From: Balanoglossus misakiensis
Lineage: Eukaryota > Animalia > Hemichordata
NCBI GenBank assembly: GCA_040954595.2
Contig: CM082592.2
Location: 5,041,672-5,105,671, forward strand
Length of the DNA stretch: 64,000 nucleotides
Direction: 5' to 3'
Shown: positions 50,860 to 62,800 of the stretch, piece after piece
How positions within the stretch are numbered: the first letter of the stretch is position 1
Layout of the letters: each line of letters starts with the position of its first letter
Notes under the pieces: model-generated
The model's input: only the letters and a program-made list of their open reading frames with translations
Database searches by the model: none
What the model was told of the DNA's origin: nothing
Program-made: the position numbers and the translations under genes

Positions 50860-53800
50860 CTATAACCCATGATTTTTGTCAAATATGAAGAATTTTTGAT
50901 ATTTCGGAAAGTCGAAAAATCGTCATTTTTGGATGATTTTCATGGTTTTTGTCAAAATATGAAGAATTTTTGATATTTCGGAAAGTCGAAAAAATCGTCA
51001 TTTTTGGATGATTTTCATGGGCTATAACCCATGATTTTTGTCAAAATATGATGAATTTTTGATATTTCGGAAAGTCGAAAAATCGTCATTTTTGGATGAT
51101 TTTCATGGGCTATAACCCATGATTTTTGTCAAAATATGAAGAATTTTTGATATTTCGGAAAGTCGAAAAATTGTCATTTTGGATGATTTTCATGAGCTAT
51201 AACCCATGATTTTTGTCAAAATATGAAGAATTTTTGATATTTCGGAAAGTCCAAAAATCGTCATTTTTGGATGATTTTCATGGGCTATAACCCATGATTT
51301 TTGTCAAAATATGAAGAATTTTTGATATTTCGGAAAGTCGAAAAATCGTCATTTTTGGATGATTTTCATGGGCTATAACCCATGATTTTTGTCAAAATAT
51401 GAAGAATTTTTGATATTTCGGAAAGTCGAAAAATCGTCATTTTTGGATGATTTTCATGGGCTATAACCCATGATTTTTGTCAAAATATGAAGAATTTTTG
51501 ATATTTCGGAAAGTAGAAAAATCGTCATTTTTGGATGATTTTCATGGGCTATAACCCATGATTTTTGTCAAAATATGAAGAATTTTTGATATTTCGGAAA
51601 GTCGAAAAATCGTCATTTTTGGATGATTTTCATGGGCTATAACCCATGATTTTTGTCAAAATATGAAGAATTTTTGATATTTCGGAAAGTCGAAAAATCG
51701 TCATTTTTGGATGATATTCATGGGCTATAACCCATGATTTTTGTCAAAATATGAAGAATTTTTGATATTTCGGAAAGTCCAAAAATCGCCATTTTTGGAT
51801 GATTTTCATGGGCTATAACCCATGATTTTTGTCAAAATATGAAGAATTTTTGATATTTCGGAAAGTCGAAAAATCGCCATTTTTGGATGATTTTCATGGG
51901 CTATAACCCATGATTTTTGTCAAAATATGAAGAATTTTTGATATTTCGGAAAGTAGAAAAATCGTCATTTTTGGATGATTTTCATGGGCTATAACCCATG
52001 ATTTTTGTCAAAATATGAAGAATTTTTGATATTTCGGAAAGTCGAAAAATCGTCCATTTTTGGATGATTTTCATGGGCTATAACCCATGATTTTTGTCAA
52101 AATATGAAGAATTTTTGATATTTCGGAAAGTCGAAAAATCGTCATTTTTGGATGATTTTCATGGGCTATAACCCATGATTTTTGTCAAAATATGAAGAAT
52201 TTTTGATATTTCGGAAAGTCGAAAAATCGTCATTTTTGGATGATTTTCATGGGCTATAACCCATGATTTTTGTCAAAATATGAAGAATTTTTGATATTTC
52301 GGAAAGTCGAAAAATCGTCATTTTTGGATGATATTCATGGGCTATAACCCATGATTTTTGTCAAAATATGAAGAATTTTTGATATTTCGGAAAGTCCAAA
52401 AATCGCCATTTTTGGATGATTTTCATGGGCTATAACCCATGATTTTTGTCAAAATATGAAGAATTTTTGATATTTCGGAAAAGTCGAAAAATCGTCATTT
52501 TTGGATGATTTTCATGGGCTATAACCCATGATTTTTGTCAAAATATGAAGAATTTTTGATATTTCGGAAAGTCGAAAAATCGTCATTTTTGGATGATATT
52601 CATGGGCTATAACCCATGATTTTTGTCAAAATATGAAGAATTTTTGATATTTCGGAAAGTCCAAAAATCGCCATTTTTGGATGATTTTCATGGGCTATAA
52701 CCCATGATTTTTGTCAAAATATGAAGAATTTTTGATATTTCGGAAAGTCGAAAAATCGCCATTTTTGGATGATTTTCATGGGCTATAACCCATGATTTTT
52801 GTCAAAATATGAAGAATTTTTGATATTTCGGAAAGTAGAAAAATCGTCATTTTTGGATGATTTTCATGGGCTATAACCCATGATTTTTGTCAAAATATGA
52901 AGAATTTTTGATATTTCGGAAAGTCGAAAAATCGTCATTTTTGGATGATTTTCATGGGCTATAACCCATGATTTTTGTCAAAATATGAAGAATTTTTGAT
53001 ATTTCGGAAAGTCGAAAAATCGTCATTTTTGGATGATTTTCATGGGCTATAACCCATGATTTTTGTCAAAATATGAAGAATTTTTGATATTTCGGAAAGT
53101 CGAAAAATCGTCATTTTTGGATGATTTTCATGGGCTATAACCCATGATTTTTGTCAAAATATGAAGAATTTTTGATATTTCGGAAAGTCGAAAAATCGTC
53201 ATTTTTGGATGATATTCATGGGCTATAACCCATGATTTTTGTCAAAATATGAAGAATTTTTGATATTTCGGAAAGTCCAAAAATCGCCATTTTTGGATGA
53301 TTTTCATGGGCTATAAGCCATGATTTTTGTCAAAATATCAAGAATTTTTGATATTTCGGAAAGTCGAAAAATCGTCATTTTTGGATGATTTTCATGGGCT
53401 ATAAACCATGATTTTTGTCAAAATATCAAGAATTTTTGATATTTCGGAAAGTCGAAAAATCGTCATTTTTGGATGATTTTCATGGGCTATAACCCATGAT
53501 TTTTGTCAAAATATGAAGAATTTTTGATATTTCGGAAAGTCCAAAAATCGCCATTTTTGGATGATTTTCATGGGCTATAACCCATGATTTTTGTCAAAAT
53601 ATGAAGAATTTTTGATATTTCGGAAAGTCGAAAAATCGTCATTTTTGGATGATTTTCATGGGCTATAACCCATGATTTTGTCAAAATATGAAGAATTTTT
53701 GATATTTCGGAAAGTCGAAAAATCGTCATTTTTGGATGATTTTCATGGGCTATAACCCATGATTTTTGTCAAAATATGAAGAATTTTTGATATTTCGGAA

Positions 53801-56800
53801 AGTCGAAACATCGTCATTTTTGGATGATTTTCATGGGCTATAACCCATGATTTTTGTCAAAATATGAAGAATTTTTGATATTTCGGAAAGTCGAAAAATC
53901 GTCATTTTTGGATGATTTTCATGGGCTATAACCCATGATTTTTGTCAAAATATGAAGAATTTTTGATATTTCGGAAAGTCGAAAAATCGTCATTTTTGGA
54001 TGATTTTCATGGGCTATAACCCATGATTTTTGTCAAAATATGAAGAATTTTTGATATTTCGGAAAGTCGAAAAATCGTCATTTTTGGATGATTTTCATGG
54101 GCTATAACCCATGATTTTTGTCAAAATATGAAGAATTTTTGATATTTCGGAAAGTCGAAAAATCGTAATTTTTGGATGATTTTCATGGGCTATAACCCAT
54201 GATTTTTGTCAAAATATGAAGAATTTTTGATATTTCGGAAAGTCGAAAAATCGTCATTTTTGGATGATTTTCATGGGCTATAACCCATGATTTTTGTCAA
54301 AATATGAAGAATTTTTGATATTTCGGAAAGTCGAAAAATCGTCATTTTTGGATGATTTTCATGGGCTATAAGCCATGATTTTTGTCAAAATATCAAGAAT
54401 TTTTGATATTTCGGAAAGTCGAAAAATCGTCATTTTTGGATGATTTTCATGGGCTATAAACCATGATTTTTGTCAAAATATCAAGAATTTTTGATATTTC
54501 GGAAAGTCGAAAAATCGTCATTTTTGGATGATTTTCATGGGCTATAAGCAATGATTTTTGTCAAAATATCAAGAATTTTTGATATTTCGGAAAGTCGAAA
54601 AATCGTCATTTTTGGATGATTTTCATGGGCTATAAGCCATGATTTTTGTCAAAATATCAAGACTTTTTGATATTTCGGAAAGTCGAAAAATCGTCATTTT
54701 TGGATGATTTTCATGGGCTATAAGCCATGATTTTTGTCAAAATATCAAGAATTTTTGATATTTCGGACAGTCGAAAAATCGTCATTTTTGGATGATTTTC
54801 ATGGGCTATAACCCATGATTTTTGTCAAAATATGAAGAATTTTTGATATTTCGGACAGTCGAAAAATCGTCATTTTTGGATGATTTTCATGGGCTATAAC
54901 CCATGATTTTTGTCAAAATATGAAGAATTTTTGATATTTCGGAAAGTCCAAAAATCGTCATTTTTGGATGATTTTCATGGGCTATAACCCATGATTTTTG
55001 TCAAAATATGAAGAATTTTTGATATTTCGGAAAGTCGAAAAATCGTCATTTTTGGATGATTTTCATGGGCTATAACCCATGATTTTTGTCAAAATATGAA
55101 GAATTTTTGATATTTCGGAAAGTCGAAAAATCGTCATTTTTGGATGATTTTCATGGGCTAAACCCATGATTTTTGTCAAAATATGAAGAATTTTTGATAT
55201 TTCGGAAAGTCGAAAAATCGTCATTTTTGGATGATTTTCATGGGCTATAACCCATGATTTTTGTCAAAATATGAAGAATTTTTGATATTTCGGAAAGTCG
55301 AAAAATCGTCATTTTTGGATGATTTTCATGGGCTATAACCCATGATTTTTGTCAAAATATGAAGAATTTTTGATATTTCGGAAAGTCGAAAAATCGTCAT
55401 TTTTGGATGATTTTCATGGGCTATAACCCATGATTTTTGTCAAAATATGAAGAATTTTTGATATTTCGGAAAGTCGAAAAATCGTCATTTTTGGATGATT
55501 TTCATGGGCTATAACCCATGATTTTTGTCAAAATATGAAGAATTTTTGATATTTCGGAAAGTCCAAAAATCGTCATTTTTGGATGATTTTCATGGGCTAT
55601 AACCCATGATTTTTGTCAAAATATGAAGAATTTTTGATATTTCGGAAAGTCCAAAAATCGTCATTTTTGGATGATTTTCATGGGCTATAACCCATGATTT
55701 TTGTCAAAATATGAAGAATTTTTGATATTTCGGAAAGTCAAAAATCGTCATTTTTGGATGATTTTCATGGGCTATAACCCATGATTTTTGTCAAAATATG
55801 AAGAATTTTTGATATTTCGGAAAGTCGAAAAATCGTCATTTTTGGATGATTTTCATGGGCTATAACCCATGATTTTTGTCAAAATATGAAGAATTTTTGA
55901 TATTTCGGAAAGTCGAAAAATCGTCATTTTTGGGTGATTTTCATGGGCTATAACCCATGATTTTTGTCAAAATATGAAGAATTTTTGATATTTCGGAAAG
56001 TCGAAAAATCGTCATTTTTGGGTGATTTTCATGGGCTATAACCCATGATTTTTGTCAAAATATGAAGAATTTTTGATATTTCGGAAAGTCGAAAAATCGT
56101 CATTTTTGGGTGATTTTCATGGGCTATAACCCATGATTTTTGTCAAAATATGAAGAATTTTTGATATTTCGGAAAGTCGAAAAATCGTCATTTTTGGGTG
56201 ATTTTCATGGGCTATAACCCATGATTTTTGTCAAAATATGAAGAATTTTTGATATTTCGGAAAGTCGAAAAATCGTCATTTTTGGATGATTTTCATGGGC
56301 TATAACCCATGATTTTTGTCAAAATATGAAGAATTTTTGATATTTCGGAAAGTCGAAAAATCGTCATTTTTGGATGATTTTCATGGGCTATAACCCATGA
56401 TTTTTGTCAAAATATGAAGAATTTTTGATATTTCGGAAAGTCGAAAAATCGTCATTTTTGGATGATTTTCATGGGCTATAACCCATGATTTTTGTCAAAA
56501 TATGAAGAATTTTTGATATTTCGGAAAGTCGAAAAATCGTCATTTTTGGATGATTTTCATGGGCTATAACCCATGATTTTTGTCAAAATATGAAGAATTT
56601 TTGATATTTCGGAAAGTCGAAAAATCGTCATTTTTGGATGATTTTCATGGGCTATAACCCATGATTTTTGTCAAAATATGAAGAATTTTTGATATTTCGG
56701 AAAGTCGAAAAATCGTCATTTTTGGATGATTTTCATGGGCTATAACCCATGATTTTTGTCAAAATATGAAGAATTTTTGATATTTCGGAAAGTCGAAAAA

Positions 56801-59800
56801 TCGTCATTTTTGGATGATTTTCATGGGCTATAACCCATGATTTTTGTCAAAATATGAAGAATTTTTGATATTTCGGAAAGTCGAAAAATCGTCATTTTTG
56901 GATGATTTTCATGGGCTATAACCCATGATTTTTGTCAAAATATGAAGAATTTTTGATATTTCGGAAAGTCGAAAAATCGTCATTTTTGGATGATTTTCAT
57001 GGGCTATAACCCATGATTTTTGTCAAAATATGAAGAAATTTTGATATTTCGGAAAGTCGAAAAATCGTCATTTTTGGATGATTTTCATGGGCTATAACCC
57101 ATGATTTTTGTCAAAATATGAAGAAATTTTGATATTTCGGAAAGTCGAAAAATCGTCATTTTTGGATGATTTTCATGGGCTATAACCCATGATTTTTGTC
57201 AAAATATGAAGAAATTTTGATATTTCGGAAAGTCGAAAAATCGTCATTTTTGGATGATTTTCATGGGCTATAACCCATGATTTTTTGTCAAAATATGAAG
57301 AATTTTTGATATTTCGAAAGTCGAAAAATCGTCATTTTTGGATGATTTTCATGGGCTATAACCCATGATTTTTTGTCAAAATATGAAGAATTTTTGATAT
57401 TTCGGAAAGTCGAAAAATCGTCATTTTTGGATGATTTTCATGGGCTATAACCCATGATTTTTGTCAAAATATGAAGAATTTTTGATATTTCGGAAAGTCG
57501 AAAAATCGTCATTTTTGGATGATTTTCATGGGCTATAACCCATGATTTTTGTCAAAATATGAAGAATTTTTGATATTTCGGAAAGTCGAAAAATCGTCAT
57601 TTTTGGATGATTTTCATGGGCTATAACCCATGATTTTTGTCAAAATATGAAGAATTTTTGATATTTCGGAAAGTCGAAAAATCGTCATTTTTGGATGATT
57701 TTCATGGGCTATAACCCATGATTTTTGTCAAAATATGAAGAATTTTTGATATTTCGGAAAGTCGAAAAATCGTCATTTTTGGATGATTTTCATGGGCTAT
57801 AACCCATGATTTTTGTCAAAATATGAAGAATTTTTGATATTTCGGAAAGTCGAAAAATCGTCATTTTTGGATGATTTTCATGGGCTATAACCCATGATTT
57901 TTGTCAAAATATGAAGAATTTTTGATATTTCGGAAAGTCGAAAAATCGTCATTTTTGGATGATTTTCATGGGCTATAACCCATGATTTTTGTCAAAATAT
58001 GAAGAATTTTTGATATTTCGGAAAGTCGAAAAATCGTCATTTTTGGATGATTTTCATGGGCTATAACCCATGATTTTTGTCAAAATATGAAGAATTTTTG
58101 ATATTTCGGAAAGTCGAAAAATCGTCATTTTTGGATGATTTTCATGGGCTATAACCCATGATTTTTGTCAAAATATGAAGAATTTTTGATATTTCGGAAA
58201 GTCGAAAAATCGTCATTTTTGGATGATTTTCATGGGCTATAACCCATGATTTTTGTCAAAATATGAAGAATTTTTGATATTTCGGAAAGTCGAAAAATCG
58301 TCATTTTTGGATGATTTTCATGGGCTATAACCCATGATTTTTGTCAAAATATGAAGAATTTTTGATATTTCGGAAAGTCGAAAAATCGTCATTTTTGGAT
58401 GATTTTCATGGGCTATAACCCATGATTTTTGTCAAAATATGAAGAATTTTTGATATTTCGGAAAGTCGAAAAATCGTCATTTTTGGATGATTTTCATGGG
58501 CTATAACCCATGATTTTTGTCAAAATATGAAGAATTTTTGATATTTCGGAAAGTCGAAAAATCGTCATTTTTGGATGATTTTCATGGGCTATAACCCATG
58601 ATTTTTGTCAAAATATGAAGAATTTTTGATATTTCGGAAAGTCGAAAAATCGTCATTTTTGGATGATTTTCATGGGCTATAACCCATGATTTTTGTCAAA
58701 ATATGAAGAATTTTTGATATTTCGGAAAGTCGAAAAATCGTCATTTTTGGATGATTTTCATGGGCTATAACCCATGATTTTTGTCAAAATATGAAGAATT
58801 TTTGATATTTCGGAAAGTCCAAAAATCGTCATTTTTGGATGATTTTCATGGGCTATAACCCATGATTTTTGTCAAAATATGAAGAATTTTTGATATTTCG
58901 GAAAGTCCAAAAATCGTCATTTTTGGATGATTTTCATGGGCTATAACCCATGATTTTTGTCAAAATATGAAGAATTTTTGATATTTCGGAAAGTCCAAAA
59001 ATCGTCATTTTTGGATGATTTTCATGGGCTATAACCCATGATTTTTGTCAAAATATGAAGAATTTTTGATATTTCGGAAAGTCGAAAAATCGTCATTTTT
59101 GGATGATTTTCATGGGCTATAACCCATGATTTTTGTCAAAATATGAAGAATTTTTGATATTTCGGAAAGTCGAAAAATCGTCATTTTTGGATGATTTTCA
59201 TGGGCTATAACCCATGATTTTTGTCAAAATATGAAGAATTTTTGATATTTCGGAAAGTCGAAAAATCGTCATTTTTGGATGATTTTCATGGGCTATAACC
59301 CATGATTTTTGTCAAAATATGAAGAATTTTTGATATTTCGGAAAGTCGAAAAATCGTCATTTTTGGATGATTTTCATGGGCTATAACCCATGATTTTTGT
59401 CAAAATATGAAGAATTTTTGATATTTCGGAAAGTCGAAAAATCGTCATTTTTGGATGATTTTCATGGGCTATAACCCATGATTTTTGTCAAAATATGAAG
59501 AATTTTTGATATTTCGGAAAGTCGAAAAATCGTCATTTTTGGATGATTTTCATGGGCTATAACCCATGATTTTTGTCAAAATATGAAGAATTTTTGATAT
59601 TTCGGAAAGTCGAAAAATCGTCATTTTTGGATGATTTTCATGGGCTATAACCCATGATTTTTGTCAAAATATGAAGAATTTTTGATATTTCGGAAAGTCG
59701 AAAAATCGTCAATTTTTGGATGATTTTCATGGGCTATAACCCATGATTTTTGTCAAAATATGAAGAATTTTTGATATTTCGGAAAGTCGAAAAATCGTCA

Positions 59801-62800
59801 TTTTTGGATGATTTTCATGGGCTATAACCCATGATTTTTGTCAAAATATGAAGAATTTTTGATATTTCGGAAAGTCCAAAAATCGTCATTTTTGGATGAT
59901 TTTCATGGGCTATAACCCATGATTTTTGTCAAAATATGAAGAATTTTTGATATTTCGGAAAGTCCAAAAATCGTCATTTTTGGATGATTTTCATGGGCTA
60001 TAACCCATGATTTTTGTCAAAATATGAAGAATTTTTGATATTTCGGAAAGTCCAAAAATCGTCATTTTTGGATGATTTTCATGGGCTATAACCCATGATT
60101 TTTGTCAAAATATGAAGAATTTTTGATATTTCGGAAAGTCCAAAAATCGTCATTTTTGGATGATTTTCATGGGCTATAACCCATGATTTTTGTCAAAATA
60201 TGAAGAATTTTTGATATTTCGGAAAGTCAAAAATCGTCATTTTTGGATGATTTTCATGGGCTATAACCCATGATTTTTGTCAAAATATGAAGAATTTTTG
60301 ATATTTCGGAAAGTCGAAAAATCGTCATTTTTGGATGATTTTCATGGGCTATAACCCATGATTTTTGTCAAAATATGAAGAATTTTTGATATTTCGGAAA
60401 GTCGAAAAATCGTCATTTTTGGATGATTTTCATGGGCTATAACCCATGATTTTTGTCAAAATATGAAGAATTTTTGATATTTCGGAAAGTCGAAAAATCG
60501 TCATTTTTGGATGATTTTCATGGGCTATAACCCATGATTTTTGTCAAAATATGAAGAATTTTTGATATTTCGGAAAGTCGAAAAATCGTCATTTTTGGAT
60601 GATTTTCATGGGCTATAACCCATGATTTTTGTCAAAATATGAAGAATTTTTGATATTTCGGAAAGTCGAAAAATCGTCATTTTTGGATGATTTTCATGGG
60701 CTATAACCCATGATTTTTGTCAAAATATGAAGAATTTTTGATATTTCGGAAAGTCGAAAAATCGTCATTTTTGGATGATTTTCATGGGCTATAACCCATG
60801 ATTTTTGTCAAAATATGAAGAATTTTTGATATTTCGGAAAGTCGAAAAATCGTCATTTTTGGATGATTTTCATGGGCTATAACCCATGATTTTTGTCAAA
60901 ATATGAAGAATTTTTGATATTTCGGAAAGTCGAAAAATCGTCATTTTTGGATGATTTTCATGGGCTATAACCCATGATTTTTGTCAAAATATGAAGAATT
61001 TTTGATATTTCGGAAAGTCGAAAAATCGTCATTTTTGGATGATTTTCATGGGCTATAACCCATGATTTTTGTCAAAATATGAAGAATTTTTGATATTTCG
61101 GAAAGTCCAAAAATCGTCATTTTTGGATGATTTTCATGGGCTATAACCCATGATTTTTGTCAAAATATGAAGAATTTTTGATATTTCGGAAAGTCGAAAA
61201 AATCGTCATTTTTGGATGATTTTCATGGGCTATAACCCATGATTTTTGTCAAAATATGAAGAATTTTTGATATTTCGGAAAGTCCAAAAATCGTCATTTT
61301 TGGATGATTTTCATGGGCTATAACCCATGATTTTTGTCAAAATATGAAGAATTTTTGATATTTCGGAAAGTCGAAAAATCGTCATTTTTGGATGATTTTC
61401 ATGGGCTATAACCCATGATTTTTGTCAAAATATGAAGAATTTTTGATATTTCGGAAAGTCGAAAAATCGTCATTTTTGGATGATTTTCATGGGCTATAAC
61501 CCATGATTTTTGTCAAAATATGAAGAATTTTTGATATTTCGGAAAGTCGAAAAATCGTCATTTTTGGATGATTTTCATGGGCTATAACCCATGATTTTTG
61601 TCAAAATATGAAGAATTTTTGATATTTCGGAAAGTCGAAAAATCGTCATTTTTGGATGATTTTCATGGGCTATAACCCATGATTTTTGTCAAAATATGAA
61701 GAATTTTTGATATTTCGGAAAGTCGAAAAATCGTCATTTTTGGATGATTTTCATGGGCTATAACCCATGATTTTTGTCAAAATATGAAGAATTTTTGATA
61801 TTTCGGAAAGTCCAAAAATCGTCATTTTTGGATGATTTTCATGGGCTATAACCCATGATTTTTGTCAAAATATGAAGAATTTTTGATATTTCGGAAAGTC
61901 CAAAAATCGTCATTTTTGGATGATTTTCATGGGCTATAACCCATGATTTTTGTCAAAATATGAAGAATTTTTGATATTTCGGAAAGTCGAAAAATCGTCA
62001 TTTTTGGATGATTTTCATGGGCTATAACCCATGATTTTTGTCAAAATATGAAGAATTTTTGATATTTCGGAAAGTCGAAAAATCGTCATTTTTGGATGAT
62101 TTTCATGGGCTATAACCCATGATTTTTGTCAAAATATGAAGAATTTTTGATATTTCGGAAAGTCGAAAAATCGTCATTTTTGGATGATTTTCATGGGCTA
62201 TAACCCATGATTTTTGTCAAAATATGAAGAATTTTTGATATTTCGGAAAGTCGAAAAATCGTCATTTTTGGATGATTTTCATGGGCTATAACCCATGATT
62301 TTTGTCAAAATATGAAGAATTTTTGATATTTCGGAAGTCCAAAAATCGTCATTTTTGGATGATTTCATGGGCTATAACCCATGATTTTTGTCAAAATATG
62401 AAGAATTTTTGATATTTCGGAAAGTCCAAAAATCGTCATTTTTGGATGATTTTCATGGGCTATAACCCATGATTTTTGTCAAAATATGAAGAATTTTTGA
62501 TATTTCGGAAAGTCCAAAAATCGTCATTTTTGGATGATTTTCATGGGCTATAACCCATGATTTTTGTCAAAATATGAAGAATTTTTGATATTTCGGAAAG
62601 TCGAAAAATCGTCATTTTTGGATGATTTTCATGGGCTATAACCCATGATTTTTGTCAAAATATGAAGAATTTTTGATATTTCGGAAAGTCGAAAAATCGT
62701 CATTTTTGGATGATTTTCATGGGCTATAACCCATGATTTTTGTCAAAATATGAAGAATTTTTGATATTTCGGAAAGTCGAAAATCGTCATTTTTGGATGA

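Noticed and set aside
50860-54300. Inversion as a pure fold-back read artefact
   Set aside because: An artefact would mirror variants base for base around the junction, and it does not: the forward units near the junction carry GCTCATG and other variants mostly absent from the adjacent reverse units. A mis-join of two arrays is still not excluded.
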